This document shows, piece after piece, positions 11,601 through 19,200 of a stretch of 43,025 nt of DNA; the stretch's first letter is position 1, and the number at the start of each line of letters is the position of its first letter. Source of the stretch: a virus (lineage: Duplodnaviria > Heunggongvirae > Uroviricota > Caudoviricetes). The DNA lies in IMG/VR virus record IMGVR_UViG_2700989413_000006, positions 64,001 through 107,025 of that record. One strand, 5' to 3'. Position numbers and translations under genes: made by a program. Below the pieces are notes generated by a model, which saw nothing but the letters and a program-made list of their open reading frames with translations, was not told the DNA's origin and made no database searches.

Positions 11601-13823
11601 AGGAATAGAGTAGGTTGCTGGTGAACGGCTGCCAGTGGACGAAATAGCTACTACTTGAGCCACATATTCACCCTCGTAGACATTCTCAATCTCTACGCTT
11701 AATCCTTTTGTAATTGGAAGTGTGAACCAGTTACCTTCGGTTTTCTTATACTTAACTTCGTAAGAAACAGCGTTCGGCACTTGCTCCCAATTGATCGACA
11801 TGTTTCGAACCGTAATACCCTGTTCGATACGTGCTTCTTCAATGATTTCAACATTCTTTGTCGCCTCAATGAGTGACGGCGAAATGATTGTCACATTCGG
11901 ACTATCAAGCTGAATGTTGCTTTCGATGAAGTCGAATTTGCTTGGGTTGTGAGCGATTGTAGTGATCGTGTAAGTTCCCGGAGCATCCTCGCTGTCACCA
12001 ATGGCAACTACACGCGCAAGTTGAGGCTCTAACTCTGGAGACTTAACAATCCAAACGGCGTTATCCGTTGGCAATGTAGAAAGCGCAGTATCCCAGTTGA
12101 TAACCGAGTTGCCTGTTGCTAAGTCAGTGCCAATGGTCTTGATGTTACGTTCGACAAAATCACCACTCGCCAAGCGCAACATGATTGATGAGTTTTCGTT
12201 GAGAATAATTTCAGAATCGAGAGTTGCTGAAGTTGCAGTTGCGCCAATTAAACGACCGCCCATTCGTTTGCCTGAGCGATTAGGGTCTGCAATCTGTACA
12301 ACGTCACCCGGAAGCACAAAGGAAGAATCAACACCAACTTTGAAGGAAATGGTGCGTGACTGGTTACGCTCTGTATAAAGCAACCATTTACCGATACGAT
12401 GCGCCTGACCGCGTGATGTACAGCCGAATGATGTAATTTCAGCTTTACGCACGCCGTAACGTTGAATGAGTTCAGGGTCTTCAACATATTCAACGGCGCG
12501 TTGATAGTTGCGTTCAGGGTCGTTCCAAGTAATCAAAGCAACTGAATGCATGTCTTTTCGAGACGCGCCCGAATAAACAAACTCACCATTAACAACGTTT
12601 GAGGCGTTGTAAAGCATGGTCGGCTGAGTTGGCATGTCGCACATGTAGCCAAATTGAGAGCCAGACCAGTAGGCCATGCCGTTGAATACGGAAGTGATGT
12701 CGCTAATTAATTGATAAGCATCTGAAATGCTATTGATTACGGTATTTAATGTGAAACGTGGTTCCTTTCCGCCAAAACCATCATCGACCATTTCGTCACA
12801 ATATTGACCAATCACATATAAGCGAGCAGGGTTTGCATATGCAGGGTCAACAAATTGACCTAAGCCATAACGCTCGTTGGTAATAACGTCGTAAAGAATC
12901 CATGCAGGGTTATCGCTTGGAGCGAGTTTGAAAGTGCCGTTCCAAGTACCTTCGTATTTACGCGTTTTGTAGTCATAGTTAGACGGAACGCGAATGAGTA
13001 AACCGTCAACTAAGTAAGAACGGGTTGGAATGCTTTGAAATTGTTCTGACGAAATACTCAATCCAAAAACGGCTGAGTTTGGATAAGACAAACGCGAACC
13101 GATAATTACCGAATAACTATCAAGGTAAATATCGTTTGAAGTTGATGATTCATTACTCTCAGGACTTACGCGCTCAATCTTGATCGTCCACATTGTTACG
13201 CGTGTGCCGTCTTCCGTTTGTTTTGGAAGCGCATACTCGTATTGACGCTGATAACGCGAGCGTGTCTTACCTGTGATTTTGCCTTTGCCGATCTCAACAA
13301 AATGACTGTTATTCAGCGAGATAGAGAATTTGTACTCGACTGATGAGCCAACAATGTCGCCACGACTGGTTGTACTGATCAAAGATGGTGTAGAGATAAT
13401 TACACGCGCTCTATCTGCATTTGGGTCTGTAATTGAGAAAGTTGCAGGAGAATCGCGGGTAATAAGCTGCCCAACCGAAGTAGAAGACTCAACAGTGTCG
13501 AAACCTTCACCTAAAGATGGCTGGTCTTGGGTTCCTTTAAGCATGGCCCAAGTTACGTTTTGGAAGTTGTACTCCCCTGCCGCGTTCACCAAAGGCGTAT
13601 CGTTAAGGAAGATTGACTTAGGGCTGTCATCTACCAAGCCACCAATTTGCCCCTCACCGAGCAAATCAATCAAAGACAGGAACGATTTCGATTCAAGATC
13701 GTCGTCTGATTCACTGCCCCCTTTGCCACCACCGCCACCGCCTGCGCCTGCGATGACTTTAGGGGCCTTATGTACATCTTTAATAGCTTGATTAATAGTT
13801 TGTAGGTTGGTTACTGCTTCCAT
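2673..13823 (-). CDS. Giant central tail fibre / host-specificity protein J (3716 aa)
   Basis: Lambda-J-like N-terminus (SDNPAWILYD, RYGLG, GCTSRGQAHRIGKWLL), FNIII-like repeats, an Ala/Thr/Asn coiled coil, about ten globular modules, a DUF1983-like region (IGGVGIENDSKTVDFIIQANKFAI) and the J-type C-terminus (LSAISANLG...RIRLGIW). Confidence 0.93.
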   Translation of the reverse strand: MEAVTNLQTINQAIKDVHKAPKVIAGAGGGGGGKGGSESDDDLESKSFLSLIDLLGEGQIGGLVDDSPKSIFLNDTPLVNAAGEYNFQNVTWAMLKGTQDQPSLGEGFDTVESSTSVGQLITRDSPATFSITDPNADRARVIISTPSLISTTSRGDIVGSSVEYKFSISLNNSHFVEIGKGKITGKTRSRYQRQYEYALPKQTEDGTRVTMWTIKIERVSPESNESSTSNDIYLDSYSVIIGSRLSYPNSAVFGLSISSEQFQSIPTRSYLVDGLLIRVPSNYDYKTRKYEGTWNGTFKLAPSDNPAWILYDVITNERYGLGQFVDPAYANPARLYVIGQYCDEMVDDGFGGKEPRFTLNTVINSISDAYQLISDITSVFNGMAYWSGSQFGYMCDMPTQPTMLYNASNVVNGEFVYSGASRKDMHSVALITWNDPERNYQRAVEYVEDPELIQRYGVRKAEITSFGCTSRGQAHRIGKWLLYTERNQSRTISFKVGVDSSFVLPGDVVQIADPNRSGKRMGGRLIGATATSATLDSEIILNENSSIMLRLASGDFVERNIKTIGTDLATGNSVINWDTALSTLPTDNAVWIVKSPELEPQLARVVAIGDSEDAPGTYTITTIAHNPSKFDFIESNIQLDSPNVTIISPSLIEATKNVEIIEEARIEQGITVRNMSINWEQVPNAVSYEVKYKKTEGNWFTLPITKGLSVEIENVYEGEYVAQVVAISSTGSRSPATYSIPTKVNGQASVLPKLGLFKATPAMFAIDLAWEYAPGTKGVDHVEIQMSLDNSLEANFALLGTYPDPMKAHQVTGLNLSDTRWFRARLVDKFGISGEWSDVVSAAPDIDPDKVLEVISGHIDESVLDTALQEKIDTSEQTANAAKDAAATAKNTANLAQNVAKEAQSTAATAQNQANAAKTAADQAVAASNQAKDTADKATSAATTAQTMANSASTAAAKANTAATNAQTTANNAASAASKVASDLTTSTNQLNQKIADEADARTVAISNLKDGLTTETTQRKSEDAALLSNIETFKSSTKGSLSSLQEQITTNATNTDANAQKITSLDSRLTTNEGKTAEAINSAATAQQTASTAVDKANAAANSVTALKSELSSGKGINNIVAPFSDPQELPALGGAGRTVALVDSALRRNGKAYKVSFTAAAHYVYFGTAQAALAPSQMAMQVEAGRAYTFSAWLKALSTAVPSFRFNIMWFIRDPSTGNITTNAGIIFPQGQTDSYVAPNANGQRYSFKPVNSPANTIGATVYVVGNPSGPSAGEYLIDMLMLEESVGSEKPASTWTAGPADLNAIKNALDTNAVAINNLTTRVSNDEGKITSQGNSITQLNNSINTINGTLSNKADATALNALTTRVSNAEGQISSQGSSIVSLQNDLASTNKAVSTKADSSALNSLDSKVSEIDGRVTSTANAVTSLQGSVSSIEKGLSTKADASALNNYYTKTEADSAASGAIDKFNSQLTIGGVNVVANSEAPRTSTAATNREYLLYERSAELKAFYDENLEKPITISFEMSVPVAGPVQVYSSNGSAHQFVTSVNAIIVNQFAKYSVTVSPKAHTASTTVSTIEFYGTYGTGRIPTIRKLQIEAGTKATAWSPSPRDTKAAIDANASAIQTTQTKVDNIDGRLTTATDSITSLNSRMSTAEGNINSTNTAVGGLSTRMATAEGKITNQSDSIASLQNSVTSINGTLANKADSSAVNNLTSRVETAEGKISSQSGQITSLSNSLDLTNSNLNDVNVLARLLSLGKPLREDPTFKTTSSGGLSAYNFPAGTSWIKQAKSTDNPTGSTHEMLIKATQALGGGWYPTAPTLVLTANKTFLIKQIIKMPVGTKLQAIGNATGTGGYIRILGNDLGTGKFETYYSVVQGGADLSGSTIQGHFRVIAGTNPPVPTVDNPVFVILASYEVFDVTAVNDTIPKAYSDAIAANANAINTLSNTVSQQGNTITSHSNSITQLNNSISSINGALSSKADASALQSLDSKVTLIDGKVTSNSSALTALQSSFEGIPNQGVNLLGPEISNPIEKPNWISGLPFEVIQSPDTVNVRAFQFTMPANTTSGTYFNIGGGQVPRQWLTEGTYIFSFVAKTVGGTPPHAIEWQLYNVDSTRLRFNITATLTRYSGVFTVPAGGAAACMLLIGNPTGKPAGQVINIERMMLERQVGNNTTPSAWIAGSDPTGMILSTQAKATDLFNTATSQNAATAGRVTSLESRMTTTEGNLNKKADASALQNLDTKVTNVDGKVTSNTNAITALSSTLSNATSSISMNAGNAQGDWTFFNTSGEYSIVAQADGQAGRVIQLGNNAGNDIVWMHPNNFIPFDATKTYRLRARYRRRAGTGTIYLGVSQKTPDKALYVTTANALSGDMGSSNYVVNAHAPAIDEWQEIVAYIKGRSAGAASGSGSKTSPRTVSQQAGFITPMFIANYSAQTGIVELDYLILEDAEAIVGNDANASAISALDTKVSEVDGRLTTATNSITSLNSRMSAAEGNISAANSALSGLSTRMTAAENGLTNQSNAITNLSNSLTVTTNTANAALPKIQGGTGAAKLFRGVLVWQQNGANLTGNIVIQTPITFTNKMFRLSLTGYNYLAAKNEINLNIGGYAYSGTSLLQHGVVNSGTMPIRVRMGVRNGTVVVILTSQAPGAYWQYPKFNIDAEIGYTTPPDSWADGWSASFMAEADLASNGISAIIEPSLLDISTTLNATASAISNLTNTVSQQGDTITSHSNSITTLTNKITNNDLSNLVLNPDFVDPKSDWTSGVIVDATDAAPNPPSAKALRLNNRDSYYGPFVKCNVGDMFYVSAWFATPNTSATASAVLGFNTRNSAGTYTWYSVAIKSTDKNAWGMVEGYFTVPNGMVDIRPWLQVSIAASEAAGQQWHVTNIQVRNITGNKKLATDLQATSSAVTDLTSKVTNIDGRLTSASNNIVTLNNSVTNINATLAQKADATALNSLSNRVTTAEGNITSQGNSITSLTNSLAVSGKAGTNLLIKSNVVGTYDGVSYPHHTYKLGEDWEVGATYTLIWCAEHKRGTGDTNSSLAVYAGGGSQHLQAVVNTNGKVVSKVTFVKNSAVASGPIIHFYMLNRPTADKGSVGTVYWAVLVKGDVLTTDAWIPSPYDYIPDSNANAAAIANLTNTVSQQGNTITSNSSSITSLTNQIGNTKSYSLVTFRNGSAVGMPKAAGVYTGNNTRLYGFGRGLNLIVFKNGDVESCTQYDTYGDIVSACNAIYAAIKALASGTYFAIVGTDNIGSVGNSNPNTDLRALLLASGAGDTYFRSWNWNALPIFVGRKDLDAGNGILGMFDSTVPNQWIEYPLSFVNGVPVGLGDSRTLTTQLDANASAISSLSNTVTQQGKDIASHSSSITSLNNSITNINGTLATKADSSALTNLANRVTTTEGAITSQGSSITSLNASVNGLLKDVAVSDTRSTNQPPSWYWSNYPLRIVREFKQASVLGLTGMGTYVSLETYVYWIDPSGGPIIQIARGSSSAFTAERRSADYNSWFAWSQDIKALSDGLSNKAEASALSSLDAKVSTIDGKVSTQATSITNLQTTVGGHTASIQSQQQSIDGLKSRATLKLQSGNLIGGVGIENDSKTVDFIIQANKFAIAPPSNAAAGSVAPKYAFVYQPTATTLPNGTVVPAGLYLDNASIGYINAEKINASSLSAISANLGTLTTLKDPTKPNGARMVITGSLTTVYDDNNVARIRLGIW

Positions 13824-14412
13824 GCAAAAACCCTTTTACTTGATTCGTTTGAGTGGTTGTAAAAGCTGACAATTCGTTGACAGTCATGCGTACGGAAATA
13901 GGCGAAGCACCCGTTTTGATTCGTCCGTAAATCAAAGGAACGGGGTCGCCTTGCTGCACCGTATTGGTGGCGCCTTGAAAGTAATGAGAGGTTCTGGTTG
14001 AGCCAGTTTTGACCTTCGGAGCTAGAAGCTCACTTACCCCGCTCATAACAAGCGCAAGTCCGGCTTGGAACGCCATTGGGCCAAGCCAGTAGGAAGCGAC
14101 CATCAAAACCACACCGGCGATGATTTTTCCCCACTTACCTGAACCCGTAACGACAGGAGCGAAGTGAACGGATTGAATGTTGTTTGCCGAGAGCAAAGTG
14201 TCTTTCGTCAAAAATTCCTTTTTGCCGTTCTTGAAGATGCAAAACACTCGGTAGTTTTTGTACTTTTGAAGATTTGCTCGCATCCAATGAAACAAACGTC
14301 CTGTGTTTGCATCAATGAGAGCTAATGCTTCGCGTGGAGTTTTGATAGCTAGGTTCCATTCCTTGCCAAACTCCTTGCCCATTGGGCCATGAAGATGAAC
14401 GCTAACTAGCAT
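13792..14412 (-). CDS. Tail assembly protein, lambda gpI-like
   Basis: V.LHGPMGKEFG N-terminus (ubiquitin-like), hydrophobic middle and C-terminal QG.PVPLIYG motif; lies between K and J. Confidence 0.88.
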   Translation of the reverse strand: MLVSVHLHGPMGKEFGKEWNLAIKTPREALALIDANTGRLFHWMRANLQKYKNYRVFCIFKNGKKEFLTKDTLLSANNIQSVHFAPVVTGSGKWGKIIAGVVLMVASYWLGPMAFQAGLALVMSGVSELLAPKVKTGSTRTSHYFQGATNTVQQGDPVPLIYGRIKTGASPISVRMTVNELSAFTTTQTNQVKGFLHGSSNQPTNY

Positions 14413-15160
14413 TTACGTGTCTCAATCGTCTGATGGTGTGCTTTTCCCAATAGCCGCCGTAGGTATCAATGGTTGATAAGCGACCTTGAACGTGATGAAG
14501 AAATTGATTGTTTCCAATGTAGACGCCGACATGGTTTGCGTGACCGCTGGCGTCCGTTTGAAACATCAAAACATCGCCCTTTTGAAGCTCTCCTTCGATT
14601 TCGAAAAGACCTTCATTGGCGAAGTGGGTGTCGAAAAAATTTGTCTCATCCTTGAGCCAAAAGTTTTCAAGTCGTGGATAGTTGTTGCTGATCTCAATGT
14701 TTAATTCGCGTTTAAGGTAATCAACAACGAGTGACCAGCAATCAAACGTGCCGTACACATATGGACGACCAACGTAAGGTTGTTGGTATCCAGTCGGCTC
14801 AAAGTAAATAAGATCGGAAAATTCAAAGCAGTCTGAGCGCTTATAAATGCCCATCAAGAACCACGGCAATTCACTTTCTTCGCACGCAGCTAAATCTGCT
14901 GGTGTTGGTCGTGCCGGCTCTTCAACATGGGTATGCCAAACGCCTAAAAGCTCACCTTCTTGCTCCGCTTCAGCCCAAGCGCCGGGATTCATTAAGAAGT
15001 TAGTGCGTTTGTTGTGTGCTTCATTTTGCTTTTCGATAACGAGAGTCTTCTTGCCCACCCCCACAATGAAGCCGCAAGCTTCGTATGGGTAACGAAGCTC
15101 AGCAATTTCACGGATTCGGGCAGCAACAGACTGACGAGCTTTAGGATTAATCGTCGCCAC
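14402..15160 (-). CDS. Tail tip protein, lambda gpK-like (JAB/Mov34 + NlpC/P60)
   Basis: YPYEACG and WHTH...P.P..AD JAB motif; FDCWSLV Cys and NHVGVYIG His of NlpC/P60; GTG start at 15160 inferred from the RBS. Confidence 0.9.
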   Translation of the reverse strand: MATINPKARQSVAARIREIAELRYPYEACGFIVGVGKKTLVIEKQNEAHNKRTNFLMNPGAWAEAEQEGELLGVWHTHVEEPARPTPADLAACEESELPWFLMGIYKRSDCFEFSDLIYFEPTGYQQPYVGRPYVYGTFDCWSLVVDYLKRELNIEISNNYPRLENFWLKDETNFFDTHFANEGLFEIEGELQKGDVLMFQTDASGHANHVGVYIGNNQFLHHVQGRLSTIDTYGGYWEKHTIRRLRHVNAS

Positions 15161-15857
15161 GTTGAACCCCCGGCATTCCACCAAACGTCAAAACAACATC
15201 ACTACCTTGTCGGGCTTTGCAGGACGTAAACCGCTTTGGGCAACAGTCCTTATTGATGTCGTTTGTAGGCTGGTCAAACTCGTCGTAATAGCCACCTGAG
15301 TAGCCACATTCAGGGCCTCGATACCGCCATGCGCATGAGTTCTTTAGAACTTGTCGATAAGGCAGTTTGATGCCGTCGAAATCAAATGCTGAAGCCAGCT
15401 CCCATTCGATGACATCTTTGGTTTCGGTAGCTTTACGATCAACCAGCCACATTTCGTCTGGTAAATGTTGGTCGGGGTTCTCTTCTGGATTGCCGTTGCG
15501 GAAATTGACAGCATCAAGATAGCGAGCAAAAGTTCGTTTGCGAGTGATTCGAGCGCCCACCAGATCGTCCATTTGGATGACCATAGCCGAGAACAAACCG
15601 CCCACATTGGCAATTTTTAGCTTAGGGCGTGGCAAAGTGCCTTGAGCTGTCTTGTCAAAACCGCTGCTTTCGATTGGCATAGGCTTGTAATTCAAGCCTT
15701 GCCAAACGATGTCTTGATAGCCCTGCGCGATTCCTGAGTGGAAACGCATAATTGAGCCGTTTTCAAACATTGTGGTGTCGATTACAAACAACTCCACCAA
15801 AGCTGACGGAGAAAGCGATTGAATCTCCGTCTGAATGTTTACAACTGGAATGTTCAC
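15147..15857 (-). CDS. Minor tail protein, lambda gpL-like
   Basis: VELFVID, FDKTAQGTLPRPKL, RTFARYLDAVNF, and C-terminal Fe-S cysteines (CAWRYRGPECGY...CPKRFTSCKAR). Confidence 0.92.
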   Translation of the reverse strand: MNIPVVNIQTEIQSLSPSALVELFVIDTTMFENGSIMRFHSGIAQGYQDIVWQGLNYKPMPIESSGFDKTAQGTLPRPKLKIANVGGLFSAMVIQMDDLVGARITRKRTFARYLDAVNFRNGNPEENPDQHLPDEMWLVDRKATETKDVIEWELASAFDFDGIKLPYRQVLKNSCAWRYRGPECGYSGGYYDEFDQPTNDINKDCCPKRFTSCKARQGSDVVLTFGGMPGVQRGDD

Positions 15858-15865
15858 GAGTGTCC

Positions 15866-16195
15866 TTACTCAAATACCTGTTCGAATACCCCCGTTATCT
15901 GAAGTACTCCGAACCCGACTTGTTTACTTTTCCAAGACCGGCAGACGTATCGTCCTAATTCGCCTTCTGGATCAACCCACTCAAACGCCTTAACTGCTCC
16001 ATGCTGTTTAAGGAAAGCCCGAATTTTTCGGTACTCGTCTAAGTTCTTCGTGAACGTGACAGTCCATTTATTCGGTTGGGAGTTAATTCCTGTTGCCAGT
16101 CTTGCTTCATATCCATCGCCAAATTTCGTGACTGTAACGAGCGGGGTTTCATCCCGCTCACAGCCTAAATCTGGACTCCATTCAAATTTTAGCAT
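15866..16195 (-). CDS. Minor (distal) tail protein, lambda gpM-like
   Basis: FEWSP, KFGDGYE.R...GIN, FLKQHGAVKAFEW, F.QVFE motifs. Confidence 0.92.
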   Translation of the reverse strand: MLKFEWSPDLGCERDETPLVTVTKFGDGYEARLATGINSQPNKWTVTFTKNLDEYRKIRAFLKQHGAVKAFEWVDPEGELGRYVCRSWKSKQVGFGVLQITGVFEQVFE

Positions 16196-16197
16196 AG

Positions 16198-16215
16198 TAA
16201 GTCAGTCCTGACTGA
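16198..16215. promoter_or_regulatory. 18-bp palindromic box (TAAGTCA-GTCC-TGACTGA)
   Basis: Intergenic, between the tape measure and gpM genes. Confidence 0.7.
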
Positions 16216-16231
16216 TTTTTTTGATTGATTT

Positions 16232-19200
16232 TTACTGGTTTGTTGAACGCAACATACCGCCTGGTCGTTTTTGCTTCACGATCTCTTCCTGAACTAATGA
16301 CTTGACTCTGTTAGACAAGTCTTTCCAGTTGGATTCGTTGTCTCCGCCTTTTGAGCTTTCTGTTGTTGTATCTCCATTGTTGTTGACTTCAATGTTGATG
16401 CTTACAACCGTGCCCTCACCAACTGGCGCGCCTCCGTTTAGAGCAACCCCTAAACGTCCTGAAGAATCACGTTGCAATGGCATGACCGCTTCTGGCCCAG
16501 CTTCTCCCATTACGCCGTTTGCAAATCCGCCACCTTTGGCAAACTTGAAGTAGGTTGGTGAATCGTAAATCCCATTGGTAAATGCCCCGCCGTTAGCAAA
16601 AGCATGTGTACCAGCGCCAAAAGCGCCACCGTTAGCAAAGAAAGAGGAAGCGATAGATGCAGCCGCACCAATCCAGCCACCAGCACCTCCCATACCTCCG
16701 CCAGCTCCACCGCCACCGCTAAACAAACCACTAATGGCACTTGCTAGGCTGCTAAAAATTCCACCACCGCCAGCGCCTCCACCGAACAAGCTGCTAAATG
16801 CACTGCCGATAGAACTCATTAAGCCACTGCCGTTGCTGAATAAATTAGAGAAGCCCGACTTGATTGTTGAGAAGATGCCGCCACCCGCTCCCTGTCCGAA
16901 GATGTCCATGAAGCCAGATTTGATCTGCGCAAACAGACCACCAAGCACTCCACCTTCTGCGCCTTCTAGCGAACCCCCAACGCTTTTATCCATCAATCCG
17001 CCGTTGAGGAAGCTAGGTAAGTTAGGGTCCATACCGGCACCACCTTCAAACCCGCCGGCTAGATGGTCAAGGAAGCCACCAGAACCATTGACATAATCAA
17101 TAGCCCCAACATTTTCAGGCCCTAGTACTGCGCTTGCGAAGGTTGTTAGGTCTTCACCACCAACTGATGATGCAACACCACCAATGACACTAGAAATGCT
17201 TTGGCCACGGAGTGCTGCTGTGAGGTTTTGAATTGCTGCGGTGTTGGCATTTACCGCGATTGTGTTAGAAGCCTCCGCCGAGTCTGCTGAAGAGTCACTT
17301 GACGCCACCCCAGTCAAACCACGGATTTTGTTTAGCCACTTTCCAACAAATCCACTTTCATCAACGGCCTCGCCTTTGAGTAAGGATTTGCCCATTGAGT
17401 AAAGGTCGGTATTAGCGCCATCACCAAGCGCGCGTTTAGACATGTCTTGCCACACGTAGCGGAAAGCGCCTTGTGAAATTTTAGATGCGCTCTCAGACAA
17501 GATGCCGCTTAGGGAGACGTCATCGCCTTTCAGGAACTTATTAAAAATGCCATCCGACATTTCAACGCCAAGATCTGAAATGGTTTGACGATATGTGGTT
17601 TCGTAATCCCGCCATTTGATCATTGCCTGATCATAGGTGGACATTAGCTCACGGCGGCGCTTTTCCTCTTGAATGCGGTAAAACTCTGAAAACTCTTCTT
17701 CAAAGTCTTTGCGTGTCTGCAATAACTTCGCATACAAGTCCTCTTGTTCTTGAGTGCGTTGCTGTACGGCGTCTAAAGAGGCGATCTGCTCGTCAAGTTG
17801 AGATTGAATCAACTTGTATGGCTTGATCAGGTCGTCATACTTTTTATTTACCGCTTGTTGGTTTCGCGCGTATTCATTGTCGACAAATACAGATGAATCT
17901 TCGGAGTTTGAGTTTTTCGCCTTTTTCGCGTAACCCAAATAATCTGAAGCTGTTTGCATTGCGATAGATGCATTTTTATTTGAAACGTAATTAGGGTCGC
18001 CGTATGCGAACGGATTCTTCGCTTCAAATCGCGCAAATTCACGACGTAATGCAGCCAAAGCATCACTTTGATTGTCTATGTCATTTGTTGCATCTTCGAG
18101 TGAGTCTTTGAAGTTCTCATTTGCATTTGCTGATTTAGAAACCGCAAATTGAACCGACTTATGCATGTCTTCAAGCTGACGAACTTGAGCCATGTTTTTG
18201 AGAATCTGCTCAACTGAAATACCTGTTTTTGGATCTACGGCGTTCCAGTCAATATCCTCTTGCTTCCATACGCGCCCTTTTTGGTAGCTGCGGTTAGCAA
18301 ATGGGCGATTCTTAGGGTTTCTGCCATCGTCAAAGTTGCCTTGCATCCACTCTTTGATAAATGAAAGCTTGGCGAGTTTGTAGTAATCTGGCGCGCCTTT
18401 TTCCAAAACTGAATCATCAAGAACATTCAGCTCCGCAATTTTAGCTAACAGACCTTCATTAACCCCCATGACTTTGCTTTCAAAGTCACGAGTTGAACCA
18501 CCAGAGCCTCGATCTTTTTTAGGCTTGGTAGCAAGCGTTGGAGAGCTAATATCGTGATTACCAGTTCCCGGCATGAAGCCAGCTGGGGTAGCTGAAGTGT
18601 GGTTGTCTTTGTCAGTAGTTGCAGATGTTTTCTTCTGTTCGTCCGAAGTTAAGCCATAGTTCTTTTTGACATGCCCCATCGCTTTGTCGTATTGAACCTT
18701 AACTTCATAAGGCATACGTGGGGCTTTGACGTCAGTATGGCCATAACGAGCCCCAGATTGGCTGTACTCGTAAGCGTTAGCCCAGTTCTTGACGCTATCG
18801 GTAACTTTAACTCCCTTAACCGTATCGCCAACTTTTGCACCTTTAAGCAAATTCGCGTAACGCTTGGTTACTTCGGTTGAGATGTTATTAACCTTTTCTT
18901 GCTTTTCGCCTTCCGTAACTACATGAAGACGCTCTTGCTGCTCCTTAATCTGACGGCGCGTTTCTTGAATTTCAGCGCGGGCCTGTAATTGCTCACCTGT
19001 AAAGAACTCTTTAAAGGATAGCCAAGCGCCTTTAAGAGAGTTGATCATCAAATCCCAATTGGACACGATGTCATTGACAATATTTTGGATGTGGGTGTTA
19101 ATTTCTGTTCCGCCCACTTTGAGCGAGCCGATCCACTTACCAATCGCCCAACCAAATTGCCCCGCCAAGATGAGCCAACCAGCCCAATTGACCACAGAAC